A stretch of DNA of 63,267 bases, filler included, from Thraustochytrium aureum (GCA_012862495.1; 5 parts of 2 records of this genome joined end to end with filler, not necessarily neighbours in it); one strand, 5' to 3'; shown: positions 12,010 to 24,929, counted from the whole stretch's first letter. Made by a program: numbers and translations. The notes: generated by a model from the sequence alone, not told the origin.

Positions 12010-13243
12010 NNNNNNNNNNNNNNNNNNNNNNNNNNNNNNNNNNNNNNNNNNNNNNNNNNNNNNNNNNNNNNNNNNNNNNNNNNNNNNNNNNNNNNNNNNN
12101 NNNNNNNNNNNNNNNNNNNNNNNNNNNNNNNNNNNNNNNNNNNNNNNNNNNNNNNNNNNNNNNNNNNNNNNNNNNNNNNNNNNNNNNNNNNNACTCGGCG
12201 CGGGGAGGTCCACGAGGGCCTGGATGGACAGCTGACTGGCGCTCTTGGCTGCGGCGTTCGAGGCGCCCAGGGCGCCTTGCGGTGGTCTTCGCGCAGCGGT
12301 AAACGGACGGCGACATGGCTGCTCGCTTCGGCCATCGCGGAGATGTGAGAGGCGACCGAGGAGGAGCCCATGCACGCGCCTGGCGATGCGCTTTTGTGGG
12401 CCCATGGGCACAAATGTCCACATTACACTTGCAATGTTGGCATGTTCGTTGCGAGAGCGTGGCAACTTGGTCCGAGAAAGACGACCGAGCCTGGGACCAG
12501 GCTCCGTGAACACATGGACACGTCTTCACGAGCTGTGAGGTTGCGCCAATGCTCCTGCTGCTCCAGCAGCTTCTTCTGCGCTAGCTAGAGTTGCCAGTGC
12601 CATCAAGGCATCCCGGTCGCCGCACCGGGAACCCGAGAGCAACGCACTTCGGCTCAGATTCATTCTGAAGGATTCTGGCCGGTCCAGCACTTGCCTGGTC
12701 ACGGTCTTGGACGGTTGAAGGTTTTGCCCGAGATTCTGTTGAGGATGATGGGCTCCCAGCGCAAAGGGAAGAAAAGTAACTACTTTTACTCCAAGTCGTA
12801 TCGGTTAAAAACATCAGCCCTGTGTCCCGGCGAGCCATGACGCAGGGGTCGCTGCGCGCCATCCGGTCCGGTGCGACGAAATGCGATTCCAACGGATCTA
12901 CCGCGCGTTTTGACTCCGCGCTCTGGAGTTCGAGAGAGAGCAGGGCTCAGATAAAACTGAGAGACGCCCCAGCGAGCCAGGCGCTGAGCAAGCGCAGAAA
13001 TTGTGCTTTGCGACCTTGCGCTTTTGCGCTTTTGCGCCCTGCCGACCGCGAAACCATCGACCGGAACTCTTGCCCGTTTTCACTTCCAACCCACGAAGTA
13101 CTCAGTAGCCTGTATTGCTCACAGACGACGCATGCAGAAAAGCAGAACTGCAACGCTGCCCGCTAGCGCGAGTACAACCGGGAATCGAATCGCGCGCGCG
13201 AGGCATCCTGCAAGACGTCGGGCGTGCGCCGCAGCGACAGACC

Positions 13244-15895
13244 ATGCTGCCTCCGATCAAGGACAAGGGCGCCGCGCATGAGGAAGAAAACGAAGAAGGC
13301 CTGCACGCGTTCTTGCAGCCGTCAGCAAGCCGGTCTCGGCTCGGCGACAACGCCCCGGTCGAGAAAATGGGAAGCGCAAAGGTATTGAGCCTGCCTGAAT
13401 TCGATATGCGCAGCAACGCTGCAAAGCCCCACGCTCCAGGGGAGACTGACTCGGCAATGAATATTTTGGGTACGTCCGCCACCGACTCAGCCGCTGGCGC
13501 CGCACCTGGCCTTGGTGCGGCACAAGAGGAAGACGTCCACCAGCTGGCCTCAGGCATCCTGAGCGTGAATCTCAAGCCAGAGAAGGAAAGCACGAGGTAC
13601 CTGGCACTTCAGCGCCACTTTTTGAGTTTTGTGCGGGGCTTCATCCTGCTGCTTTCCGCAACACACTTTTTCAGAACTTCCTGGACAGTGCAGGACATGT
13701 TTAGGACAGGCGCTCGGTTCGCAGAGCAGTGGTCGATCTACTCGGCCAAGTTCCAGTCGCCAAAATCGAGCGAGTTGATGGTCTACGTGGATCGTGGCTT
13801 GCGTCCCGAGGGTCTCAGCGAGCGGATGCAGATGATCCACCGCTTGCAGATGGCGGAGCGGGACCTCAACTCGGTCGGCGCCAAGGGCGTTTTCATTGAC
13901 CTCCAGTCCATCAAGCACACTGAGGGAAACAACAGGTGCAAAAAGATGCGCGGCGAATACGCGCTCCCGCGAGACCCAGCGCAGTGGAGCAACGTCTGGC
14001 TCAACTTTTTGATGGAGGAAACGATGCTGATCGCGACGGGCGTGAAAGAAGAGGAGGGCGCCGACTCGCGAGTGAAAAGCGAAGACCCAGTTTCGCTCAT
14101 CCAAGACGGATTCTGGGCGACGCGGCGCTCGATGGACATTCGAACCCTAGCCGGGCTCGAGTCCATCGCAGTGTACCTGTCGAAAGAGCCCCCAGGGACA
14201 AATCACAGCGGCATCAAGCTGACGTTGCCGGGCAACCGCTTCAATCTCAAGTCAACATGCCTTGGGTGCGAAGACATTTCGATCTTGTTCACCTACTACT
14301 GCGACATCGTGGCTGACGTTGTTTTCGCCGGGGACTCTGCTCTGCTTCGCATTTCCAGCAGCGACAACTCGCAGCGCGAAGGACTAGATATGCTCAACAT
14401 GGGCATCAGTTTTATGTGGACCTGGCGTATGGCGGCGGGGGACACGTTCCGCGCGCTCTCTCAGCTGTTCATGATCTACTATTTCTTCATGTTGCGCGGT
14501 CACGGCTTGCTCCCGAAGCGGCTCGTCAGAGCTGTGGACGACGGGACGGCCACTTCGCAGGAGCCCGTCAATTCGGTTCGATCGATGCTTCGGCAATACA
14601 ACATCCTTCCTGAGCGCGTCGGGGACGTTGTGGACGGGATTCCGCTCTACTTTTTCCAGCATAATTCGTGGCCGATCATTCTGCTCAACCTCTGCGCGCT
14701 GGCGTGCGATGCGCTCAACACTATCGCATACATTCGCGAAGCAGCCAACTACGCGCTATACGCAGATGAGGTGCTGCCAATATGTAAGTTTCGGCGCTGG
14801 CTGGCTGCTGCACAATCTCGCCTCGCGGCGGACGACGGTGGCATCCTCTTGCCGCGCTTGCGAACCTCCTCGCGCCACTTGGCTGACAGCGTAGTCGCGG
14901 CCTGCTCTGCTAGACTGGATGTGTGTTTACGGGCTGCGCTTCATGTGGGTGTATTTGGGAACCTTCAAGCTGATCAAGGTTGTGGCGGTGCGCAATTCAT
15001 GGCGTCTTGCATGCCGGGCGCTAACCAGCGTCGGCTACAACTACATGATTGCCACGCTGGTCGCGATGTTTGTCACAGAGGACATCACGCTGCTCATCTA
15101 TGGCGAAGAGGTCGAGTTCGAGGCCCTCCCGGGGCTGGCCGACTCTATGAGCGTCGACTTCATGGGAAGCTTCTTCTTCATTCGGCTCTTTCCGTACTGT
15201 TTGACCCTTGTGGCCGTAGGCGTGGGCAGTCTTTTACTCAACCTCACTGTCAACTCGCTGTGGCTGCGCGTTGGCCAGAACACCCTCGACAAGGCCATCG
15301 TCGAACACTCAACTTGTAAGATTGCGCTGGTTGTGGCAGGGCTTGAGGCTTCGCAGTGGCCGGGACTGACCAGTTGGCCATTCACTCGTCTCTGGTGGCA
15401 ACACTGCAGGTGTGTGTGGAACTATCGCGATTCCGCGGACCATCACGAACCGCAAGGCTTCTGGGTTTCGCTATGTCTGTGACGTTGGGTAAGTCGAGCT
15501 TTCTCCAGAGGCTTCCGCCTCAACGGAATGATGAACGACGAGGCCCGCGCTGACTGACCTTTTCCGACACCACTCGCGACCTGCGCAGCACCTTGCTCCA
15601 TCTCACATACATTCTGAACGAAAACACCCCATCGCAGCATCGGCTTCGCATATTGAAAGACAGGACAAGCATTGTGGTCCCCCAGCGCCAGGTGGCCGCA
15701 AAAAGCCCTGTGGGTCGAGACCTAGATCGCCTCCTCAACTTTGAGGACCGCAACAGGACCGTGTGCGTCTCGATAGGCACGTGGAAGGACACGGTCACGC
15801 TCCAGCTCGCAGGTGTGGGCGCCCCCTTGGCGATTTTCCCTCCTTCGCTCGCGCTGGCCAGCGCGTCCCCGCCTCGCTACGTGCACTGCCAATGA
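13244..15895 (+). CDS. Multi-pass membrane protein of unknown function; 4 exons join(13244..14783,14914..15315,15410..15488,15589..15895)
   Basis: Three GTAAG...CTGAC...AG introns (130, 94 and 100 bp) whose removal joins the ORF-track pieces in frame (…PIYWMCVYG…, …STCVCGTIAIP…, …DVGTLLHLT…). Several hydrophobic helices. Confidence 0.8.
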
Positions 15896-16252
15896 AAAAC
15901 ACAGTCAGTAGGTAGAGTCTTTTCTTCCGGTCGATCTCTCTGCCTGAGACGAGGTCGACTGCGGCGCTCCTCGCCGCTTATCCGTCCGCAGTGCTGGAAA
16001 CGGGCCTTGAGACGTCGCGGTCGAGCGTCCTTTCCCGACGCGCTCGAGCCGATCGGACGNNNNNNNNNNNNNNNNNNNNNNNNNNNNNNNNNNNNNNNNN
16101 NNNNNNNNNNNNNNNNNNNNNNNNNNNNNNNNNNNNNNNNNNNNNNNNNNNNNNNNNNNNNNNNNNNNNNNNNNNNNNNNNNNNNNNNNNNNNNNNNNNN
16201 NNNNNNNNNNNNNNNNNNNNNNNNNNNNNNNNNNNNNNNNNNNNNNNNNNNN

Positions 16253-16809
16253 AGTCGAGCGCCTTCGCCAGCTCGTCATGCACGCGGTCCAAGGCTGCGA
16301 AGGAGGCTAAGAGTCCTGTGCACGAGCCGTCGGAAGTTTCGAGCCGCAGGACATAACTGGGCTCTACGCCTCCGCGCCTCGCCGCAAACCTCGAGGCGAC
16401 CTGCACGTCAAGCCGCCACTGCAAGTCTACAAACGCAGGAAACCCCGGCGTGGGCGATTTTTGGGTGCCGCCTGGCGAGCTCCGACACCGGCCGACAAAC
16501 TCGACGAGGGCGTCGGCGTCCTCGTCACTCAGCCCAGCCTGCGTAGCCAGCCCCTTCACGCAAGACAAGCCGAGCGTTCCAGCGCCTAGCAACTCGTTTG
16601 GCAGCACCAACGAGCTCGGAAACCTCGCGCCGCGCCAACGCGGCGTCCGCAGCAGAGCCGAGCAGTGCCTGGAGCAGCTCAGCAGCCTCCGCCTCGCCAT
16701 GGCCACCATGCTCTGCGCCGAGATCGTCCACACCCGCGTTCAGCAGGCAAAGGGCTTCGCGCATGCGGCCGGCGCCGCGCCCACCGGCCTTGAACAGCTC
16801 CAACTCCAT
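16253..16809 (-). CDS. COMMD2: COMM domain protein, COMMD2-like; 3' end in gap
   Basis: COMM motif FVDLQWRLDVQVASR...PSYVLRLE...LDRVHDELAKAL. ATG at 16809 (MELELFK). A putative 58-bp phase-0 intron at 16554-16611 joins the two frames. Confidence 0.75.
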
Positions 16810-18109
16810 GGCCTCGTCGCGAGCTGGCCCAAGCGAGGCCGGCAGAGCAGGCATTGAGCAGGCATTGAGGGCATTGCTTTGTCCGATGCGGGCGAGCTCG
16901 CCCTCTGCTGCAGGACTTGGCGCCGCGAGAGCGAGCGAGCGAGCGTGGCAAGCACTGTGGCAACCAACGGAAGGTCGGGCGCACAGCCCACATCGGGCGG
17001 CCTGCCTGTGCGGTCGGCGTGAGAGCCTCTGCCTGTGCGATCGGCTTGAGAATGCGACGAGTGCAGTCGGTTGTGTCGACGCTCTGCAAGCCCAGTTGGT
17101 CCCAACCCGGTCCATTGATCCCTGCATGCATCGCCGGTTCACGCCAGCACAGCGCCGAGCGTCTTCATGCGCGATGCGCGTGCATGCCCAAGTCTTGGCA
17201 GCGCGGCGTTCGCGTGTGTGGGTGGATGGTGCACCGCGTGATCTTCAGGCCGAGGACGGAGGGGATGCACTCTACGAGTAGGCAGGCACGACATGAGCAC
17301 GCACGCTTGATGCTCTGCGCCGCGCGGAATCCCATCCCAGCCACAGGGTGGCTGGGTCAAGGCGTTGGATGCGCGCCACCGGGACGCGTGCGACGAAGGT
17401 CAGCTCTAGCTAGCTAGAGACTGCAGCTCGTGGTATTCCCCATGCCGGGCAGCCATCAAGCTCGATGGACGTCAGACCTACCGGTATCCATCCCGTCTTG
17501 AAAGCCGCCAAGCCTCCATCCACCACCAACGCACGCACGCCTCGATCACCCCGAACGGCGTGAGCATAGATCTGGTCTCCTGCATCATCCGTCATGGCGT
17601 CCCTCGCCTTATCAATCAAAAAGTCGGCCGTTTGGTCCCTCCTTCCTCGCACCGCACAAAACTCCTGCCGTTCATGCGCCTCCCCTCACAACGTCCGGTC
17701 TCCACTCCGTCATCCTCCTCCACCGCCATGGGACTCTTTCGCAGAGGATCATGATAGTAGTAGATGGGTGAGTCCATCGCCCTCCCAGCGTGCATGCAAG
17801 CACGCAAACAACCAAAACCGAATCAGAACAGAACAGAACAAATTTCAGAATCAGAATGAGTCAGACTACCTACCTACTGAGAGAAGAAGAGGAACCAGAA
17901 CTGCACGTGCATACTCTACTCTACCTACGACAGCGAGTGCCTCACAGCGCTTTCTTTCTTTCTTTTTTCTTTCTTTTTTCTGATGCAAAATACATGCCGC
18001 AATGCACTTCATACAGTGCATGGTAACTCTTCAGGAGCACTTCAAGTTGATACATAAGGGTAAGAGTACGAGGTGGGCAATCAAACGCGGGCAGCAGAGC
18101 AGGCAGACC

Positions 18110-18230
18110 CCTGACGCGGGCAGGCAGGCAGGCAGGCGGGCAGGCAGGCAGGCAGGGCAGCGTGCGTGCGTGCGTGCGAGTGCAGGGCGTGCAGCGTCGG
18201 GCTGCGCAGGCAGGCAGGCAGGCAGGCAGG
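18110..18230. repeat. (GGCA)n/(GTGC)n microsatellites
   Basis: Directly visible. Confidence 0.85.
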
Positions 18231-18633
18231 TCGAGGTTNNNNNNNNNNNNNNNNNNNNNNNNNNNNNNNNNNNNNNNNNNNNNNNNNNNNNNNNNNNNNN
18301 NNNNNNNNNNNNNNNNNNNNNNNNNNNNNNNNNNNNNNNNNNNNNNNNNNNNNNNNNNNNNNNNNNNNNNNNNNNNNNNNNNNNNNNNNNNNNNNNNNNN
18401 NNNNNNNNNNNNNNNNNNNNNNNNNNNNNNNNNNNNNNNNNNNNNNNNNNNNNNNNNNNNNNNNNNNNNNNNNNNNNNNNNNNNNNNNNNNNNNNNNNNN
18501 NNNNNNGAAGGACTCTCCGCCGGCGGGCTCACGAAAGCGCGGTTCGCGGCGTGACCCGCCCGCGGATCGGCGCTCGGTGCAGCGGGTTGTCGCTGGTGAC
18601 GCGGCACGGAACGGTGGAAGTCGGGAAGGCGCC

Positions 18634-21600
18634 ATGGAGGGGGGCGCCGCAGAGCGCAACGCCGCCGCAGAGCGCAACGCCGCCGCAGAGCGCAACGCCG
18701 CCGCAGAGCGCAACGCCGCCGCGGCGCAATTTGACGAGCGGTGGGAGACGCTGTCGCCCGAGAGCGGAGCCGCAGAGTTCATCGCGAGGCTCCGCGAACG
18801 AACAAACTGGCTCGCCCCGCACCTGCGGTCCCCGCCAGGGTTCGGCATGGAGCCCTTTGTGGTCGAGCGCGCTGTGAGGCTCGCCGAGCCGATCGTCCTT
18901 ATGCTCCTCGCCGCGCAGCTCGATACAGACCAGATAGTTGAAACCCTCACCCACATAGACCAGCTCTGCTCGCCTGGGACGTGCGGCCCCGTCCGCTCCC
19001 AGTTCGTGCGCGCCGGACTCGTCAGTCTCCTCGTGCGCTGGATGCTGCGCGAGGCCGAGGTACGGCGCGCCACTCTGCGGATTGTGCGCTCCCTCTCGCT
19101 GTGCCAGGCGGGTCGAGAGGAACTCGTTCGCGCAGGCGCAGTCCCTCGGCTTGTGGCGTTCATCGGGTCCGACGAAGACGAGGTGAGCTGCTGCGCGCTG
19201 CGCGCCACGTTCAACCTCTCCGTGGTCAACGTGCGAATCCGAAAAGGCATCGTCGAAGCTGGCGCGCTCCCGCTTTTGCTGAGCGCGGCGCTCAAGCCCA
19301 CGGAGGGCCAGTGCGCCGCCATCGGCACTCTGGCCAACCTGGCCACGGAGACCGACATAAAACGCGCCATCGTGCAAGACTACGACGGCCTCGTCCCGCT
19401 GCTAGAGCTCCTCCGGTCAGAGGACGAGTCGATTCTCACGCACGCTTGCCGCGCCCTGTTCGCGATCGCGGCCAACGACGACAACAAGATCGCCATCTCG
19501 CGCGCGGGCGGCCTGCCGCGGCTCTTGAGCTGCATGGACTGGCCCGTCGACTCGGTGCGCATGAACGCGGCGGGTGCGCTGGCGAACCTGGCCATCCACC
19601 CCGTCAACAAACTCAAGCTCGTCCAACACGGCGCGCTTCCCAAACTTCGCGCCTTGTCGAGCTCAAGCAACACTAAGATCCAGCGCCAGGTTGCGCGCTG
19701 CCTCTTTGCCCTAGCGGCCCACGTGGAAAACCGCAAGTCAATCATCGACGAGAACTGCCTGCCAGCGTTGGTCCGCCTCCTGCATTCGCCCAGTTCGGAC
19801 GTCCAGCTCAACGCGGCAGGCGCAATCGGCAATATCGCCATGACCGACGAGTACAAGGCCGTCGTTGTGCATAGCGGAGCGCTGGACCGCCTGGTGCACC
19901 TGTCCGGAGTCCCGGTGGACCGCGTGCAGCGCCAGGCCGCGCGCGCCATCTTCACCCTGACGGCCAAGGACATCGCAAAAGCAAAACTCGCCCTGCTCAA
20001 CGGGCTCCCAAACCTGATCAATCTCGCCAAGTCTGACAACGAAGACATCCAGCGCGACGCTGCCGGCGCCATCGCCAACATGGCCATCGGGACCGACCAC
20101 AAAAACCTCATCGTCTCTCTCGGAGGACTGCAGCCGCTCATCGCCCTGCTCGACTCGGACTGCGTCGCGGTGCAGCGCCAGTCCGCCCGGGCAATATTTG
20201 CGCTGGCAGGGACTGCCTTCAACCAGGCAGAGATTCTCCGCAACGGCGGCCTCTCGCGGCTCATCGCTCTTCTCGACTCATCCAACGACGAGGTTCAAAA
20301 GCACGCCTGCGGAGCCCTTGCAAACCTGTCGAACCGGCACCCGCGGCAGGTCGTGCAAAATGGCGCGCTTGAGACACTTGTAAATATCGTCCTCGAGCAC
20401 CCCAACCTGGAGGTGCGGCGCCAGGCGGCTCGCGCCGTGTACAATCTCTCGCCGCCTGGCAAGCAGCGCATGCAAATGATGCTCAGCCCCTATGCTGGCC
20501 ACTCTGGGGAGCAGCAGCGAGTGAGGCACGATATGCGCGCGCTGTTCCAGATGACCGTGCACACACAGGCGGCGAACCGGCTGTACGAGCTGCCGGCTCC
20601 CGGTCATGCGGCGGCGGCGGCGGCTGCGGCGGCGGCGCCGCCACAGGAGCCAGCAAAACCGATGCTGGGACGGTCCAAACCGCACGGGCCCAACCCGGCG
20701 CCCTCCAGGAGCACGCGGATACTCGAGGCCTTGCCTTCTGCCGTGTCGGGGCCTCGCTCAACGCACCAGCCATCATCTCCTGTGAAATACGCCGGGCGAG
20801 GCCGAAAGCGGTCGTGCGGCGACCTCCTGGCCAACTTTGACCCCTTTGGCCGCAGGCGCGTCCTGCGGAGGAAAGAAAAGGCCAGCGGGTTTGAGTGCGA
20901 CGTGCAATTTGTGCTACCCGTGGCGTGCGCGCCGGAGCCGTTTCTGATGAACGAGAGCGATCAAGCGACCTTGCGCGGGAGCAGCGCTCACGACGGCGCT
21001 AGTCAGCCCAGAGTCCTGTACATGGACTTTTACGGGCACGCCTGCATCTTGTGGGCTCGGTGTCCGCTGTTCGCACGACTGATCGCTCAAGCCGCCGACG
21101 CGGCCGCGGCGAGTCCTGCCACCGGGGCCCCACACGCGTTCGAGAACGCCAGCCAGGTCGGAAACGCCGGAGCTGCGCCTTCGCTGAGCTCCTCCGGGTC
21201 CTTCACCTCGAACGGGGACCTCTACGTGCGCGTCCCGGACCGCTTTGCGCACAGCAGCACGGTGTGGTGCGCGTTTATGGAGTTTCTGTACACCGACTCG
21301 GTCAGGGTCCACGCCCCGCAGATCAGGGAGAGCTTGGACGTGGCCAACGAGCTCGCTGAGCTCGCTCTGTCGTGCGGGATGCCCCGACTGTGCTGCTTTT
21401 GCCTCGAGCTCAACAGCGAGCTGACCCGGACACACTTGTCTCTGGACAAGGACTGCGTGGAGGAGCATCGGAACTCGACCTGGGTGCGGGACATGGCCCG
21501 CCTCCTCGACGATGATTGCCACGGGCCGCTGCCTGCGGCATGCAGCCCGCGTCACCCACCGGGTTGCGCGGCGCTCACGCGATCGACTTTTCGGACGTCC

Positions 21601-22777
21601 AAGTTGTCCTCGACGAGTCGCAGCAAGCAGCTCTGGGGCAAGGCTTCTTCATGCCGAGCCCGCGCAGCACCGCGTCGAACGTCGCAAAGCGTCTCAAGGT
21701 GGGCCCCGTCACCTCTGGTCCCGGCAAGGGNNNNNNNNNNNNNNNNNNNNNNNNNNNNNNNNNNNNNNNNNNNNNNNNNNNNNNNNNNNNNNNNNNNNNN
21801 NNNNNNNNNNNNNNNNNNNNNNNNNNNNNNNNNNNNNNNNNNNNNNNNNNNNNNNNNNNNNNNNNNNNNNNNNNNNNNNNNNNNNNNNNNNNNNNNNNNN
21901 NNNNNNNNNNNNNNNNNNNNNNNNNNNNNNNNNNNNNNNNNNNNNNNNNNNNNNNNNNNNNNNNNNNNNNNNNNNNNNNNNNNNNNNNNNNNNNNNNNNN
22001 NNNNNNNNNNNNNNNNNNNNNNNNNNNNNNNNNNNNNNNNNNNNNNNNNNNNNNNNNNNNNNNNNNNNNNNNNNNNNNNNNNNNNNNNNNNNNNNNNNNN
22101 NNNNNNNNNNNNNNNNNGCGCCCGCGCTCCAGGTGGTCATGCGGTACTTGTACTGCGGCGTGGACGATCGCTTGGTGAACCAGCTGGGCGCCGACGCCTC
22201 GCTTGCGCTGCAAGTGCTGGTTATCGCCAACGAGTACAACTTGGACGGCCTGCAGCTGCTCTGCGAGCGACTGCTTCTCAAGCAGATAGACGAGGAGTCG
22301 GTCTTTGTCCTGCTTCAGGAACTCGAGCTCGTCCATGCGCCGCTGCTTCGCAGCATCTGCGTGCTCTACTTGCTCCGCAACCAGCCTGGCGCCCGCGCTG
22401 CGCCCCGCGTTGGCGCCTCGACGCTCTCGCCAGAGCAGGCCAGGCGGATCTGTCTTTGCCCGCTTGCCCCAGAAAACGCGGATTTCGCAAAGGTCTTGGA
22501 GGGCCGCCTCGCGGCGGAGCTCGAGTCGACTGCGCGAAAGTGGGGGTTTCTCGCAAAGCGCGATCACCTCGTTGACCTCGGGCTCAACAGGTTGGCGCTC
22601 ACTCCGGACTTTGGCGCAGCGGAGGGCCACTGCTGTTGCGACCAATCTGGCTTCGCGCCGTGCTGTTTCGAGGACGAGTTGGACGATGACTTTCTGGGGT
22701 TGGGGTCGAGCGAGATGTTTTGCTTGGACCACGCGCAGCGGCGCTCGGCCGAAGCGGGCCTTGTCGAGGAAGAGTAG
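18634..22777 (+). CDS. Armadillo-repeat protein with two C-terminal BTB/POZ domains (ARIA/ABAP1-like architecture, Vac8-like ARM repeats)
   Basis: More than 10 ARM repeats (e.g. GGLPRLLSCM...VRMNAAGALANLA, GGLQPLIALL...VQRQSARAIFALA). BTB1: CDVQFVL...FYGHACILWARCPLF...FMEFLYTD. BTB2: FSDVQVVL (frameshift ~21540), then after the gap VVMRYLYCG...LVIANEYNLDGLQLLCE, stop at 22777. Confidence 0.85.
18646..18720. repeat. 18-bp in-frame tandem repeat (AAERNA x4)
   Basis: GCCGCAGAGCGCAACGCC repeated four times. Confidence 0.9.
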
Positions 22778-23274
22778 AGGAGTGTCGACGAGGCGGCGCT
22801 CTTGCGCTGAGGCGATTTCGTCTCGGCTCAGGTGTTCGAGAATGCCGACGCTGCCGGGACGAACGATGCCGTACTGGAAATGAAATGAATGCCCAAACGC
22901 AATTAAACAATATTTGCTACGAATCGCTGCACCAGTGCGCCTCCAGCACGCTCTTCGTTCCTTCGAAGGCCCCGCGGGAGGGGCACGCGCGCACCCAGCC
23001 CCGCAATCCCCGGCGTGCGGTGAACGCTGCTCTCCAGAGCTAGCTAGCTCTAGAAGAGAGCCAGCAGGTAGTGAGGCCCCGGAATCCTTGCGTTTCCTTT
23101 CGCGAAGCGCCGGGCCGCTGAGCAACGCAATGCCAGGCTGGCGCTCTGCGAGTGGCGCGAAACGAGAGGGATGGCCGGCCCAGGAAGGACAACTCGCCCA
23201 CCTCAACAAGTGCCAAGCCCCGCCATCAATTCAGGAATGCGATCCCCGACCCCAAAAAGGCGCAAGTATCGATT

Positions 23275-24843
23275 CTAAGCTGACTGCGCCGCTCCCGGCC
23301 CAAAAGGGGGAGGGCCCCCGCGTTCGATTTCCATCGCCCGAGCCGCACTCTCGTCCACCGCAGGGCCGACGCGCTCCGCTGCGCTACTCGCGACGGAAAC
23401 GTCCTCGAGAGACTCGGCAATCAGAAGGCCCAGCTTGCGCGACAAGGTGCGCGAGACGCCGCAGTAGGCATCCAGGTCGCTCGGACGGATCACGATCTCT
23501 GTGCCCTCCACGTCGGGCCTAGCGGCGTGCGAGGGAGCGCCTGCCCCGTCGCAATGAAGTTGCTCCGTGCCCGCTGCCTCCTCGCCAAGCGAGGAGGCTC
23601 GGCCCTTCGAGCGCCGCGCGTGGCTCGAGATTCGCACCAAGTCAGGCAGCATTGTACATAGGAGCTCTTGGAAACCGCGCGCGAGGTACTCTATTTGCGC
23701 CGAGGACTGCTGGCCAGCGTGGCCCGACCCAACGCTCAAGTTACACTGTGTTGCGGTGCGGCTCACGATCGCCAACGTTTCGCGGTACGGCANNNNNNNN
23801 NNNNNNNNNNNNNNNNNNNNNNNNNNNNNNNNNNNNNNNNNNNNNNNNNNNNNNNNNNNNNNNNNNNNNNNNNNNNNNNNNNNNNNNNNNNNNNNNNNNN
23901 NNNNNNNNNNNNNNNNNNNNNNNNNNNNNNNNNNNNNNNNNNNNNNNNNNNNNNNNNNNNNNNNNNNNNNNNNNNNNNNNNNNNNNNNNNNNNNNNNNNN
24001 NNNNNNNNNNNNNNNNNNNNNNNNNNNNNNNNNNNNNNNNNNNNNNNNNNNNNNNNNNNNNNNNNNNNNNNNNNNNNNNNNNNNNNNNNNNNNNNNNNNN
24101 NNNNNNNNNNNNNNNNNNNNNNNNNNNNNNNNNNNNNNNNNNNNNNNNNNNNNNNNNNNNNNNNNNNNNNNNNNNNNNNNNNNNNNNNNNNNNNNNNNNN
24201 NNNNNNNNNNNNNNNNNNNNNNNNNNNNNNNNNNNNNNNNNNNNNNNNNNNNNNNNNNNNNNNNNNNNNNNNNNNNNNNNNNNNNNNNNNNNNNNNNNNN
24301 NNNNNNNNNNNNNNNNNNNNNNNNNNNNNNNNNNNNNNNNNNNNNNNNNNNNNNNNNNNNNNNNNNNNNNNNNNNNNNNNNNNNNNNNNNNNNNNNNNNN
24401 NNNNNNNNNNNNNNNNNNNNNNNNNNNNNNNNNNNNNNNNNNNNNNNNNNNNNNNNNNNNNNNNNNNNNNNNNNNNNNNNNNNNNNNNNNNNNNNNNNNN
24501 NNNNNNNNNNNNNNNNNNNNNNNNNNNNNNNNNNNNNNNNNNNNNNNNNNNNNNNNNNNNNNNNNNNNNNNNNNNNNNNNNNNNNNNNNNNNNNNNNNNN
24601 NNNNNNNNNNNNNNNNNNNNNNNNNNNNNNNNNNNNNNNNNNNNNNNNNNNNNNNNNNNNNNNNNNNNNNNNNNNNNNNNNNNNNNNNNNNNNNNNNNNN
24701 NNNNNNNNNNNNNNNNNNNNNNNNNNNNNNNNNNNNNNNNNNNNNNNNNNNNNNNNNNNNNNNNNNNNNACCCCCATGCCGCCCATCGGCTTGCCGCCAT
24801 TGCCCCTGCCTTGCCCCTGCGCCAATTGCTGCCGAGGGTCCAT
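23275..24843 (-). CDS. Gly/Met/Gln-rich N-terminus with a C-terminal histone-fold-like segment (TAF4/ADA1-like); middle in gap
   Basis: ATG 24843 (MDPRQQLAQGQG...MGGMG). After the gap, IVSRTATQCNL...YLARGFQELLCTMLPDLVRISSHAR...IVIRPSDLDAY resembles TAF4/ADA1 histone-fold helices (by eye). Confidence 0.4.
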   Translation of the reverse strand: MDPRQQLAQGQGRGNGGKPMGGMGXXXXXXXXXXXXXXXXXXXXXXXXXXXXXXXXXXXXXXXXXXXXXXXXXXXXXXXXXXXXXXXXXXXXXXXXXXXXXXXXXXXXXXXXXXXXXXXXXXXXXXXXXXXXXXXXXXXXXXXXXXXXXXXXXXXXXXXXXXXXXXXXXXXXXXXXXXXXXXXXXXXXXXXXXXXXXXXXXXXXXXXXXXXXXXXXXXXXXXXXXXXXXXXXXXXXXXXXXXXXXXXXXXXXXXXXXXXXXXXXXXXXXXXXXXXXXXXXXXXXXXXXXXXXXXXXXXXXXXXXXXXXXXXXXXXXXXXXXXXXXXXXXXXXXXXXXXXXXXXXXXXXXXXPYRETLAIVSRTATQCNLSVGSGHAGQQSSAQIEYLARGFQELLCTMLPDLVRISSHARRSKGRASSLGEEAAGTEQLHCDGAGAPSHAARPDVEGTEIVIRPSDLDAYCGVSRTLSRKLGLLIAESLEDVSVASSAAERVGPAVDESAARAMEIERGGPPPFGPGAAQSA

Positions 24844-24929
24844 AGCGCCTTGAGAAACAAGCCAACCCCAACTGCTCGTTGCCAGGCCGACGGCCCTCCT
24901 GGCACGCCGGGCGCAGGCTGGCTTCCTTC

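Noticed and set aside
12193..12900. Possible upstream exons of the TTL gene
   Set aside because: The frame cannot be fixed across the gap and there is no recognisable motif.
17410..17807. Two short minus-strand ORFs that look faintly protein-like
   Set aside because: No convincing motif or splice structure; a gene call cannot be supported.
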